NCBI GenBank assembly: GCA_023515725.1
Contig: JALDTO010000235.1
Coordinates: 520,541 to 584,540 of the forward strand
Length of the DNA stretch: 64,000 bases
Reading direction: 5' to 3'
Origin: Amoeboaphelidium protococcarum X5
Lineage: Eukaryota > Fungi > Aphelidiomycota
The position numbers were made by a program, and so were the translations under genes. Shown one piece after another: positions 13,684 through 26,828 of this stretch (the first letter of the stretch is position 1; the number at the start of each line of letters is the position of its first letter). The notes under the pieces are model-generated. The model was not told the origin of the DNA and did no database searches. It was given only the letters and a program-made list of their open reading frames with translations.

Positions 13684-15122
13684 TCATTTCTTAACAATAT
13701 ACTCTTTGAGCTTCTGTAAATTCTCCTTGGCCTGCTTTAGAGTATCTAAATCTTTACAAAAGGCAAATCTGGCGTAGTTTGAGGCCAGGTGCTGATTCTG
13801 CTGACTATAAAATTCGGCAGGTGGGATAGCTGCAACTTTAAGATGAGTGGTCAGCCATCTGCAAACTTGCCAATCCCGACTTCTTTGAGGTACTACTCCG
13901 TCCAAACAGAATATCTTTTCAATCTCTTCCGATTCCTTTAATTGATCCTATGGGATCTTCAAGCTACTTATATCTACAAGAGTGAAATAACTTCCATCTG
14001 GTACAACTGCAGGTAATCCTAATTCATCAAATATCTTCAGTAAGTATTCGCGTCGTTCCAAATACTCTTGACATTACTTTTCAAAGTATCCATTGGTTTA
14101 ACTCTATTTCAGAGCTTCTGCGACGGCAACTTGAAGTGGAGCATTAGTACAAAAGACAATTCGAGAGTGGGCAATCAGTGCCGGATTAATCAAATGCTGA
14201 GGCCCTAACAGCCAACCAACGCGCCATCCAGTAACACAGAATGACTTTCCCGCACTTCCAACAGTTATAGTCCTATCCCACATGCCAGGCAGAGTGGCGA
14301 TACGCACATGTTCAGCACCTGGATAAATCAATCGTTCGTACACTTCATCACTGATAACTATAAGATTGTGTTTGATCGCAATTTCGGCAATCTATTCCAA
14401 CTCTGCGCGGCTAAATACTTTACCAACTGGATTATGAGGAGTGTTGACGACAATCATTTTAGTTTGAGCTGATATCTACGACTCTAGATATTCCCTATCA
14501 AAGGTCCAGTCCGCAGCAGAAGTATTACCATTGTTAGAGTGCACATTTGCACCAGATTTAGGAAGTAGAGGACAAAACTTCATCTTGGCACCGCACATTT
14601 GAATGTTGGGTGCGTACTAATCAAAGAACGGTTCAAAGCACAACACCTCATCACCATCATTGAGGAAGGCAAGAAAAGCAGCGTACATACCTTCATTAGC
14701 TCCAGCTGTGACAATTATATCAGTCTCACTATTCAATTAACGATTCAGCAAAGGCCCATACTCCTCAGCTAATACCTACATTACGACAGAACATTTTATC
14801 GATATATATTAAGTTCTAAAAAAACTACTAACCTTTCGCAATTAAGGCATTCCTTTGGGAGGAGAATACTGATTAAAATTGGAATCGACAGCCATCTTGG
14901 CAGCATCTCTAACGAATGGTGAAGCTTCAAAGTTGGGAAATCCTTGTCCCAGATTGACAGCCTTACAGTACAATGCCATCGGGGAGAAGATGGACCTACA
15001 TGTTAGATATCGCATAATGAGATTGTTATGACTTAGAACTAACAAATGAAGCAAAATTACCATACATCCTGTCCAAAGTGAGCAATGCGCCGTGATTTAG
15101 CAAAGTGAGACATTTCAGCCAT
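13684..15122 (-). CDS. BNA3: Kynurenine/glutamine transaminase, class I PLP aminotransferase (introns 14996-15060, 14776-14832)
   Basis: DVW|SIF, AVNLGQGFPNF, NTPHNPVGKVF, ISDEVYERL, GSAGKSFCVTGWRVGW (PLP lysine) and RFAFCK. An upstream in-frame ATG at 15221 is possible. Confidence 0.9.
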
Positions 15123-15291
15123 TTAATGAGATTACCAACAGGCTATACGGGGATAGTGGAAGGAGAACGAAGAGTAAAACGCGATAAGGAAGAAACAGAA
15201 TTGATGGAAATCACGCGTCATCTTTTACTTCGGCAATTTCACTCGTTCGCTACATCGAGTCTTTGTGGTGTGCTGGTGTTTTAAAGTCATT

Positions 15292-17810
15292 ATGCATTAA
15301 GGAATTAATAACTTTGGAATTCCGTGTGGAGTGTGTGTAGTAGAAACCAGTTACTTGCTCCAGGGGTAATTGTGATTGTTGATGAAAGTTATTCTCAAGC
15401 ACCTTCTGTCAATGATTCTAGCTTCTGAAAAGCAATCTACTTTCTTGGGATTAGTGGTGCCAATTACACGTTATAGTACATTATCAAGATGCTAGTTTAG
15501 ACTTGGTATAATATTTCCAAATTATAATTGCAAAAGAATCCCTGGTGGTGCTATTGAAGATAGAGGCATATCGACAGATGAAGATTAAATTTGATACGCT
15601 TGAAAGATGTACTGTAGTCTTATAGAACATCGTATTAGTTGCTTTGCAATGATAACAACTCTGCATCACGTTGTTGATTTGATTCCTGGCAAGAGAATGA
15701 GTGCCAGAAGAAGTTTCTACACCGATCTGGACAAGAAGGTTATTTATGATTTTTATAGACAGTTTTCTAATCATAAGAAGCGCTCTGGAGTATCTATCTG
15801 TCCGTGTGCAGTTGTTTGTCCATAATTAGCGTAAATTTTGTATGCAAAATATGGATGCAGTCGTTGACCTTGAGTCGGGAAGATTGTTTAAAGGCTTGCT
15901 GGAATCCTCTGCGAAGGAGTTCATGACTGCATGTGCAATGCACGTACTTTCCAATGCTCTGAAGGCCCTTAAGCGCGTTATATATCATAAAGTATACTTC
16001 TTACGCCCAGATCTGAAGTCGCGTATCAAATTAATGGATTAGTCTCGTATCTGATACAATGTATCTGTTACTTCGTTTAGATGAGCTGCAAAGGGAGATC
16101 AAAACGAAACTGGCTATTATTGTGTAGGATGAAAAGACTCCATTAATTGATTATTTTGATTACATTTGCCATTGCTATAGAATTTTGGGGAAAGGTGTAT
16201 TGCCATGTTGTTTGCGAAGGCATTGAGAAGCTTTAAAGCTGTCTGAAAAGGCATAAATAATGATGTTTGTATGCTGAACAATCTTATAGGTTCCTAATCT
16301 GAGGTAGTGCAATTAATAAAGGAAGCGCTCTAGAGTCAAGATGATATTTCGTTCGATTTCATAATCCATTGTATCGACAGTCAATATTCAACGCGTATTT
16401 GTTCGTCTACCTGTCGCTTTTCTACTAGTATATACACTATCTAAATCAAAAAGGTGTGAAATCATTCTCTTTACTGCCCGTCTGTAGTAGCAGGATAAAA
16501 ATGATGACGGTTACAAGTGAAAGTTTAGTTAGAGCGATATTACTTGGGATGATGATGGCAACTTTATTTAGAAATATTCCTGGATACAAGAACGCGCAAG
16601 TTTGCGGCTTTAGGACTGATGGGGTCCAAGTATAATTTGTCTATTAATGTAATTAAGACTTTGCACCAGTTGTTATTGAAGAAGCTCGCTGCATTGCTAC
16701 CGCTCCTGTCTCTATGCTTGCTTTGAATAATAAGGTGATGACGATTTTGCTCGCATATATTGCCAGGAATGTGCTGTAGATGATTTTTTTTTGAATAAGA
16801 CGTGGCTATGGAAGATGAGTTTGCTGAACAGGTTGGGGCTGTGTAAGCGTAGATGATGAAGCAGAGGTTGTTTAGTGTTGACAGTAAGATATTACAAGAA
16901 CTGGATGAAAGTGGCGTTAGACATTGCTCAGCAGATGACACTTATATTGACCTCGGATTTTAGACTATAGAGGGATGAGCCGGTTGAAGTAAAGCGCCAT
17001 ATTGTTAATATTACGAGAAGCCTGTGGGTAAATGATCATGACTGGATGTCAGTGAGAGCCATGTTTGATTCAATATTGGACTTCTGCAAGAATGCTAGTA
17101 TCAAGACTGTGATTACGATAGTGGTTAGTAACGCGGTTTTCTATACTCTATCACAGATCTGGGAACACCGAAGTAAAAACAAAGGTTTTATATCAGTGAT
17201 GCTGCCTTAAGATAGTCAGAAATGTGGTGTGTCCAGCAATAAAGGAAAAGAAAGAAGAGATAGTATAGTTGTGCAATTGGACAATGATGTTGTCTTTGAT
17301 GGCGGTGCGGCCTAGGTTGATGGAGTTGGCTAAACTGAACATCAGATGGATGTTGCTGTAAGTGATGCCTAAATTTTTGATGGAAATGATGATGATTATG
17401 ATCAGCATAAAGGAAATGATAAAAAGAAGAAAGTAATATACAATAGTAGATTGATAAAATTAAAGAGAAGGAACCTGGAAGCACAAGCTAAGGGCGACTC
17501 AAGCAAACGTATCCAGAAAATGTGCTATGATGGGCACTCATATAAGAGCTGCCTTGGTCTGGTGAAGCGACAGTAGAAGGACTAGTCGTTGCTGGGCTAA
17601 CGGTAACTTCAAGAGTAGCTTATGTTTCTCTTCCCTGAAGGGTGATCTTTGTAGAAGTTGGACTAGTTAGAACTACGGCCATGTGATCAGCTACTTTAAA
17701 TATAATTTATTTCTTCTATCTGCGTTCTTGAGTGTTATTGTTACAGGAAAAGCTTGTTTCAAACGGTGCATTAGAGACTGATCGTGGATGAACGTCACTT
17801 TACTCGTCCG
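15292..17810 (+). pseudogene. Degenerate Fanzor1 (eukaryotic TnpB-derived) nuclease gene relic; boundaries approximate
   Basis: Collinear fragments in shifting frames with internal TGAs: LDKKVIYDFYRQFS; GLLESSAKEFMTACAMHVLSNALKALKRVI (15893); YLSLFYQYIHYLNQKGVKSFSLLPVCSSRIKMMTVT (FSLLP near 16465); GFRTDGVQV (16609); KTVITI/GQQRGFLYSI (disrupted RuvC-I-like, near 17103); YDGHSYKSCLGLVKRQQK. Confidence 0.5.
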
Positions 17811-17979
17811 TCTATTACGCGTTTCATTCTGTTTCAGCCTCTTGGTCTTTCTCCCTTCTTTATCTTTACCATTCATTTATTGCCTTGCCTTAGTGGTAAT
17901 ACGGAATTGGGGAGCATTTTTCATATATTTCAAGTCTCACATTCTGTCATTGTAAATTATTGGACGTAATAATAAGTGT

Positions 17980-20900
17980 ATGAGTAATAGTAATATTCAG
18001 GTGGTGATAAGAGTTCGTCCCATTAGTCAGAAGGAGATTGCTGGTGGTAGTTGGTCTGCCTGGGATGTCAGAAACCGTTCCATTTTATATCAGGTGGACC
18101 AAGGTGGAAAGACTCTATCTTCAGCATAGTAGTTTATGTTTGACAGAGTATTTCACCAGGAGAATAATGCTCAAGTTTACTCTTCCGTTTAGCCTCTGAT
18201 AAAGTCGTGTCTTGATGGTTTCAATGCTACCATCTTTGCTTATGGCCAGACGAACTCTGGTAAGACTCACACTATGCAAGGCTCTGGAAAAGAGATTGGT
18301 ATCATTCCTCTGGCCATGCAGGATCTGTTCAGTGAGATTCAGAATACTCCCAGCCGTGAATTTCTTCTTCGTGTGTCGTATCTGGAGATTTACAATGAAG
18401 TCATCAAGGACCTGCTGTGCCCAGAGAATGATAACTTGAAGATTCATGAGACTACGGAACGTGAGATATTTGTTGGCAATGTTCGTGAGGAGATTGTTAC
18501 CAGTGTGGAAGAAGTTATACAGTTGATGCAGATTGGTGAGAGGAATCGTCATGTTGGTGTCACTAATATGAATGAACGTTCTTCTCGATCGCACACTCTA
18601 TTCTAAATGGTGATTGAAAGTCGTGATACTTCAGCTGGAAGTGATGTAAGTGGCGGTGGTGGTGGAAACGATAATGGCTCTTAACAGGTTGTATCTGCGG
18701 TCAAAGTGTCGTAACTAAATTTGGTTGATCTTGCTGGCTCTGAACGATGTAGCTACACTGGAGCAGAGGGAGCCAGATTGCGTGAAGGCGGTCACATTAA
18801 TAGATCCCTCTTGACTCTGGGCACTGTGATTAGTAAATTGAGTGAAAATTCCAGTCACGTGCCCTATAGAGACTCAAAGCTGACCCGTATCTTATAAAAT
18901 TCTTTAGGTGGTAATGCCAAGACTGCTATCATCTGTACGGCTAGTCCTGCCAATAAGTTCATTGAAGAAACGTATTCCACATTGAAGTTCGCCTCCCGTG
19001 CCAAGACCATTACTAATTGCCCAGAGATGAATGAAATTGTATCTGATGAAGTTATGCTCAAGAGATATTAGAATGAGATTTCTGAATTGAAAAATCAACT
19101 CTCTTCATTGAAGGATGTGGATCTGCATCATAAGTTTGAGTCGGTGGTTAATGAGAAAATCGCTATCGAAGCCGAAGCTCAGGAGCACAGAAAGTCACTG
19201 GAAGAGTATGAGGACCGTATCAAGTTTCTGACTGCAAAGATTGGCTAGATGGAGAAATTAGTTTTGAATCCTCATGTTATCGACACGCATGATGAAGCAC
19301 CGCCAATCAAGAAGTAGAAGATGTTGCGCAGATAAACTTGGTTTCCTGGTCGGTAGTAGTAGTAGTAGTAGCAGCAAAGATAAGTTTCATTTGAATCTGC
19401 AGATAATTTAGTTCAAGCTGTAGAACCTACGCGCCTGGTTATCGATTTGACTGATGATTTGAATGATCAAGACGATCAGAATAATTAAGAGGTGAACGAT
19501 CAGAATGTTGATGACATGAAGCATGATTCAAATCCAGCCACGCGTCATGAAGTTCAGAATGGTAAGATTTAGCTGGATGGAGATGACATTGCTTCGTTGA
19601 TATCTGTTTTGGTCAATGGGGATGTTGTCGACAATCTTCCTCGTCATATGCATTCTTTGGCCGATTAGCTGATGCAGTTAAAGAAAGAACTTACCAGCCG
19701 GATGTCAGCTGAGATGTAGCTACTTCAAACTTCTAATGAGAAAATTTAGTCTTAGTATAAGGAAATCTGTGATGAAAAGTCTAGACTATAATAATAACTC
19801 GAAGGTGTTAGTTCGGCTTTGCAAGAGAATTTAGTCTCGACTTCCAGATAAGAGTACCATCCGTAATCTCCTGCCTCAGATTTTGGACAATGTTCAGCTG
19901 TGATAGATAGCTCTACTTAAACTTAGTATGTCGACAGTCGTTTTACGGCTCTATAGGAGTAGTTGAATGAGGTGAAAGGGGTGAAAGATTCTTTGTTGTA
20001 GTCAGCTCAAGGATTGTCGTTTTGCGATGGTGCCTAAGCCCCAATCAGAAAGCTGGTCCATGATATCTCTGAGTTGTATACTGGTAAGCTGTGCGAATTG
20101 AAGTAGAAGCAAATGCTTGAGCTGGCAGAAAACAAGAGAGTTATCGAAGATTTGGAAGTTTAAGTCAAGTCGTTGAGAGATGACAGGCTATAATAAGATG
20201 AACAACTCCAGTATTTAACATAACATAATTTGGAGATATCCTTGGAACATCGACAAATGTCTGCCTTATTCGATTCTTAGGAAGACTGCATAGAAACTCT
20301 TGAACAACAGTTAGAAGCTGCCTCCAAAGAGCTTGACGCTGCAGTTGATAAATGTTCCCTTGCAGAGAGTCGTTGTGTTAAATTGTAAGAAGAGAAGTAA
20401 GCTTTGAGTAAATAGTTATTGTAAGAAAGCCTTGCTGCTTCTGAACTGTAGTAGTAGTTGGTCATTGCATTGGTTGAATCCGGTCGCATTGTTGCTAATT
20501 GTAATCTGAAGTGCAGTGGTTTAGTCTAGGATCTGGATCGCGTTTAGGCTGAAAAGTAATCTGCTCAACAGGAGCTGGCTTTGGAATTGGAGCAGTAGCA
20601 GTATGATTTTGATAATCAAATGACGTAGAGAATGTAGTAAATCTAAAAATAAGATGAAGAGATTGAGCGTCTCCAAACAGAAGTCGATAACTTGTCAAGT
20701 CAGGTTCTTAGTGAAAGGTAGAGCAAGGAAGCTTTTGAGCGTTAACTTGAAACACTTACCGAAGAGCGAGATGTTATTAATGGCAAATTGTCTGTACAGT
20801 CTCAGGATATTCTGTCGCTGTAGAACGAGTTATCATCCAAGTAGACCGAGATTGAGTAATTGACTACTGATCTTGAGAGTCAGAATGCTTAACTCTAAAA

Positions 20901-23058
20901 TCAGTTGGATGATTGGAATGCTCAGAAGCTATCGTTTACCGATTAAATAGCTCAGCTGTAGTGTGATAAAGATATGTTGATATTGGAGCTGGAGGAAAGG
21001 CTACAGAATATATCTCGCATGCAGTAAACTTTAATTGAAAGTCAAAGCTCCTCTGGAGAATAGGTGACTGTATTGCAAGAGCGCTTGAAGTAATCTGAGA
21101 TTGAAGTAGCCACAATGTAGTCCGAGAAAGAGTCTTTGCAATAGTCAATGTATTAGCTGTAAGCTGAGATTGATGTGCTTGTTGCCCAATAATCGGTAAT
21201 TGATCAAAGTAAAGAAGAATACCTGAGTTAGCTATAAGAGTCTGAGCGCTCATTGAAAGATCTATAGTCACAACTGTCAGACTGTCAACATCGGGAGGAG
21301 GACCTGCAACTGTAATTATAGTTGAAGGTTTAAGAAGCTGAGAAGTTTGAATTAGTTAATACATCATTGGAGCAGAAGTTTTAGGAGTAGACATCTGAAA
21401 ATTCGGTCTTGTAATCTGATGTGAAACGGCTGACTGAGGATTGTAATACCTTGAAGGAGTAAAATGGCTCTGGTCTAACCGAGATCTAGTGTTTGAAAGA
21501 GTAGCTTGATATTTTGTTAGCCAAGCATTAATAGCTAGAGTTGTAAAAGTAGTAGAAATCTGATTCAGTCGTGGCTCTGAATGATAAATTAAGTACCACG
21601 TCTGCAGATTTTGAGTCTCAAGTTCTTGGTCTCCAGAGCAAGGTGGACTAGCTTAATAGTCTATTGATGGAACAGTAATAGTTGTATGATGGTTCCTAAG
21701 TTGAAAAAGATAGGATCAATGAAGCTTTACAGGGTGCCAATGCTAGCTTGGCCTTGAAGCAGGTAGATATTGATCGTCTCAATAGTCACTGTGTTCATCG
21801 CAATCAACAATTTGCTGCTTTGAAGCTTAAAATTTAAGATTTATAGCAAATGCTCCTTAATCTGGTTCAGTCCAGTTCTGCTTTATTCGCTAGTCATTCT
21901 TCATCTATGGATAAGTGCATCGAGAGCTTAAAGTAGAAAGTCATGGGATAGTTGGAAAGTATTCGTAAGAGCTTCTAGTCTTAGTTGGTTCAAGTTGAGC
22001 CAAAGGGTCAGTAGATTGATGTCTAGTCTTTTAAAGCGTTAAAGTTGGCATATAAAGAAGAAGTTGAGAAGCATCGTGCTACATAGTAAAAATACGAATC
22101 TGAGCTGACATTACTAAAGGTATAACCTTGTTTAATGATTAATTTTAGATTATAACTCATAATAATGCTTTGTTTTATGTAGAATGACTCTGAAATGTTT
22201 AAAAAGTCTGATGTGCTCAAGGCATAGCTCATGAACGACAGGAAGAACTTTCAAATTTAAAGCAAGCAGTTGGAAGCTGTGATAGCTGCAATGAAGAGGT
22301 ACGTTTACACATACCTTCCCATTAACCCACTTGATACTATATTGTCTCGTATTATGTAGTGAGCTCGATAAATCTGTTCAGTTTACTGAGCAGTTGTAGT
22401 CTGAGATCAGAATGAAGGATCAAGAGTTGAAACAACTTCACTCCAAGGTGAAGTCAATGCAACAGGCACCTACTCAAGTTGGAGGTAGTTCGGTGTAACT
22501 TGGTAAAGAGTCTGAGCATTTAGATCTCATCAAAGCTTTGAAAGATCGTGTTGTATAATTAACTGCTGAGAAGGAGGATGCATAAAAAGAGCTTCGTCAA
22601 AGTATAATCTTGCGCAATCAAGATGCCCAGCAGGTGCGAAGATTGGAACAGTCTCTGTAACAGTTGTAATCTGACTAGCTTAAGGCCAAACGCGAAGTTA
22701 GTAGTAAAGCGAAGAAGGTGTAGCGCAGCATTTAAGATTAGGAGGTACGTTACTAAATCTTGCTCAGACTGTAAAATTGTTACTGATGAACTCCGATTGT
22801 GTAGAGTAAGGAGAACGAGTATGTTGTGGTTGATAAGCAGGACAACTTAGATGAGGAGCAGCCAAAGATTGTATTCCATACAAGACAAAGTAAATTAGCT
22901 GCCAATGATACTCAATCGGTAATATTTCTACCCACATACATTGTAAAGTCATTAATTGCCAAAATTGATATGTTCTAATGTAGAAGTAACCGCCAAGACG
23001 CAACAGAAATCTCAAGGCAAAACCTCAGCAAGATGAAGCCGATTGTAAGCAACAATGA
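17980..23058 (+). CDS. CENPE: Kinesin-7, CENP-E-like (introns about 22120-22182, 22299-22359, 22745-22804, 22919-22983)
   Basis: [39 protein letters not shown] and [15 protein letters not shown][TAA]TWFPG resembles the CENP-E RRVTW motif. Very long coiled coil and C-terminal CAAX-like CKQQ-TGA. Confidence 0.9.
19354..19377 (+). repeat. (TAG)6-CAG-CAA in-frame polyglutamine tract in the kinesin
   Basis: Six consecutive TAG codons run into CAG CAA in the kinesin reading frame. Confidence 0.9.
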
Positions 23059-23269
23059 AATAATTCGGCTATATTAATACCTTTACTTTGTACCTCATCA
23101 TTTTTATTTAATATATTCATTTTAATTATAATCAGTCCACAGTGTCATTTAGCCAATCTATTCTACAAAATTTACTCAAGCGCGTCGTCGTCCATCTCAA
23201 ACCAAATCTGGGGCGATGACAGATGGACTTTATTAATTTCCTTCTTAATTGTGATGGAAATATTACAAA

Positions 23270-24292
23270 ATGGATCGAGTCGAATTTGAGAAGCTTGTTG
23301 ATGAAGAGCTTAAATCGGAGTGGACCGCTTAGAATTAGGAGATTTAAAAGCTTTTAGAGAACTAATGCTTTGGTTGGATCCTGTATAAAGGATTGCCACC
23401 TCTTGGTAAAGGTCCATTAGTTCACTTTTCGTCGCCACGTTCATCATCCTCATTAATTAGTTTTGAGATAGTAGAGGGAGGATCAGTGCCGATTATATAA
23501 GATTTGCCCACCAAAATGGGTGTATCAGTTATATGGAATCGATATGCCAATGAAGATTGGAGTAATGTAGAAGGTATCAAGTAACGTGTCGACTACGCAC
23601 TTAGTGATTGCATATATGCGACTGGCCTAAAATAACTTGTCAAAATTGTGCCTGGAGTGAAGTTCCCGAGTTCAAGTAAAAGTTATAATCAGACAGAGCT
23701 GGGTGTGTCAAAACTGAATGATGACATAGAGCGAATGATTGGTGCGGTGTAGGTGAAGAGGCCGCCCAACTCTGTGCACAATAACGGATTTGATATGAAT
23801 GACATACAACAGATCGTGTCTTATCTGAATGATTTGAGGGTATCTTTTGGCGTGCGATTAGTATTCGGAATTCTAACAACTTATGAAAAGTGGAGATTTA
23901 TTTGGTTTGATGATGAAGACACCACGTCTGCCATATCTGCGACATCGGTTGGAGAATATTTTGAATGTTGCAAGTAATCACCAGTCTATTCCACCACTGC
24001 GTCGTCGCCTCACTATGATATATCTAGTTAGGGGTGTAGAGGCGGTGGTTATTATGATGTAAAATCTCTAGGTGATCAACTGGGTGCCCAGCTTACCATT
24101 AACGATAAAGAGAGTCAAGAGCCTAGTAATATAGTTAAAGTGGTGTAGAGCCGCGTTTACCATTATACTGACACTGATTTAGTTGGTGTGCTAAGGACTC
24201 TCTTATTTAAATGGGCTCATTCTCCTACAGATAAAAGTAATAGCTATATGCATCCTCTTCAGCGCGTTTTCGCAGCCGCCTCAATGAGATGA
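23270..24292 (+). CDS. Crinkler-like PD-(D/E)xK-fold protein, truncated paralog without the kinase-like domain (340 aa)
   Basis: Aligns with 26829-28610 (GWIL.KGLPPL; MNDIQQIV.YL.DLRVSFGVR.VFGILTTYEKWRF.WFDDEDTT; VVQSRVYHYTDTDLVGVLRTLLFKWAH) but stops at TGA 24290. Confidence 0.75.
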
Positions 24293-24789
24293 TTATGGCG
24301 ATTATATACATATTTACAATATTTGTTAAAGTGATTAAGAATTTCAAGTATATTTTCGCCCAGAATTTTCTCGCTCTTGAAACTCAATCGCTTAACTTTA
24401 AGTTAAATAGATAGACATTAAAGTGTTGTAGTAGAGAGCTGCTCTCTAAACAATTATAGCGCCCGGCAATTCTTTCGTCAATCTTGGGAAGAGACGAGAT
24501 GGAGACAGTAAGACTTTGAAGGGAGTTGAACCCAGCCGCTCTTGTTTTGACCATCCTCTTCCAGACAGTCTAGTTGCTATTGCCACAAAGCTCCTCATTA
24601 TGCTTCTTATTGACGTATATATACAATAGGGAAAAGCACCATGGTTTAGTGCAACTACTTTGGTTTGTAAAAAAGATTGCTTATTTGAAGCTAATAATTT
24701 TGCGCCATTTGGAATTATGCTCATACGCACCAGATGTTGGAAGATTGTACTAAATCAATGGAGAACTCATTCATAAGAATGGGCACCAC

Positions 24790-25116
24790 ATGATTAACGT
24801 GACTCAGTGTTACCCTGTAGACACCCAGTTTGAAAGCTTTCCTCCTGCTGCTAATGCCACTTTGACCGGTGCTATCAGTAAGTGCGATAATGGCAAGGTT
24901 GTTGTTGGTGTCTCTGTGTATCAGTTTGACAAGGAAGTTGAAGTGACCTGCAAATACCTTGCAAGAAGGTACGAAGGACTGACTTCTTCCAAGGGATTTA
25001 AACCAATGCGCCTTTTGAACGTGTCAGTTTAATCGGAATACTGGAACGGTCATCAAATTAGCCTGGATAGCTGCAGTATCTTTGTGGAACCGCCAAAAAG
25101 GTTGAAGACACTGTGA
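24790..25116 (+). pseudogene. Beta-rich ORF fragment, possibly an OB-fold ssDNA-binding protein of a mobile element; apparently frameshifted near 25100
   Basis: PPAANATLTGAI..KVVVGVSVYQFDKEVEVTCKYLARRY..RLLNVSV shows an alternating beta pattern. A Ser-rich/acidic tail continues in another frame. Confidence 0.3.
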
Positions 25117-26039
25117 ATACTGCAAGCAGCAGTGTGCAGTCGTCATCAAAATCTGTAGGGCTGAGTTGGCTTACTACTCCAAACAATAGCAAGCAGAAGG
25201 GTAATCAATCTAACGAAGATTAGTCAGATGATGAAGAGCCCAAAACCTATGCGTATTTAAAAGAGTATTACTATTTCAGTAGCTTTGGGTTGATGTTACT
25301 TTACCTTTTGCGTGGTGATTGCTTTTTTGTGCTAAGTGATTTCAATGAAACTAGAGTGTTCTTCTAGTGCATTTCTCGTACTATCAGTTATGATCCTCAT
25401 AAAGATGTTGAGTTATCACGTCCTAAAGTATCGTGTCTGGCGCTAATACTCCCTGTTGATGTCATTAATAATAAGTCTATGGCTTCAATGGTAATTTTTA
25501 TGTTCAAACGATAAAATGTCCTAATTGCAAACACACACCGTCTAAACTGCTATGCTCTCCCCTAATAGAAGAGTCGTGTCTTCCACACTGATAAGATATG
25601 TGTCTTGGTTCTGTTCGTTAATTCAATAAGTGTCAACAAATGTTTGATGTACACCCGGTTTCAATTACTTCCAGCTCATCTCTATTCTACTAGCGTGCGT
25701 GGTATATATCCTGTGGGAGCGCTGTGCAGTCGTTTACTGCTTGAGATCTTTCCCGTGGGACTATATCAAGTTTAAGATTGTCATATCGCTGCCTTGGAAG
25801 AGGGCAAGCAAGTATCATGATCTTACTCAATATGTGAAAGTAAACTGGAAAGAAGTCATTCTTATTACGTGTCAGAAATTCAACTCTTGAGGATGTTGCT
25901 CGGATTACAAAGGAACTTTAGGAGAAGCACTTTCTGCTCAGACGAAGAGATTTGAGTTTGGTCATAATAACGACAGCTTTATGGCTTGTTTCAAGGAGTA
26001 GCGGTGAACGCGTTACTGATGAAGGCGTTGGGCGGTCTT

Positions 26040-26452
26040 ACACGTTAATCAAGATTCATCTGTCGCATCTTCTTTTACCTCTTCTGCTTCCGGTGGTACA
26101 TACCCAGACAACATGGAAATCGTTGTCTACTGTGTGGGTGGTCCTTAGTCGTATGAAGTGCGCCAGTCTCATAATACTGGTTTGATCAGTTGCTTTATAA
26201 TTTCCTAGTGATATTATCCGTTATAAGACTGCTGTAGAACCGATAATTCTCTTGACAGTGTCAATTTATGAAATACTCTTGTATGCGGCGTAAGGTTTTG
26301 AAAGTGATTGTAAGATGCATATTCGCAATAATCTGCTGAAAACACTGACTCTTGAGCGAAATTAAATCACTGCTTTTAAAAGATAGTACGGTAAGACTGC
26401 TAGTAAACGGCCTGACTAGCATTAAGCCAAGATCTAAACGAAAGTACAATGA
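26040..26452 (+). pseudogene. Second Fanzor-like fragment (REC-region motif)
   Basis: EILLYAAQGFESDCKMHIRNNLLKTL (26270-26347) parallels GLLESSAKEFMTACAMHVLSNALKAL at 15893. Surrounding frames are broken by TGA. Confidence 0.35.
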
Positions 26453-26828
26453 CGATTATTGTGCTGAGTGGTGAGAAGTAGGCGATAAAAGGAGACAAAT
26501 GAATGTGGCGTGAAGCAATTTAGACGCATCAGAGATCTATAATATCCATGTTCCGAGTCACGAAAGAGGGCTGCGCTTCGTGACTTTAGCCAGATGCTTA
26601 TCAGGTGGTTCCTCTTGCAAGTGCAGCGGATAGAATTCTCTCACAGATATGTTATCAGATGGACAATCAGCCTAGTGATAGGAGGTACTACGAATGAAAT
26701 ATATTTTGTTTCTCCTATTAAAGTATTCCCATCAGTTGGTCGTTAAAAGTAATCCCTTCAGTTGCGCCTTTCATCTTCAGCCTAACTGAGCGCGCCATAT
26801 GACTTTGTCTTATCGACACAAATTCAAA

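Noticed and set aside
15230-17980. Terminal inverted repeats, TSD or omegaRNA around the Fanzor-like relic
   Set aside because: No convincing termini found by inspection, so element boundaries and a guide RNA are not claimed.
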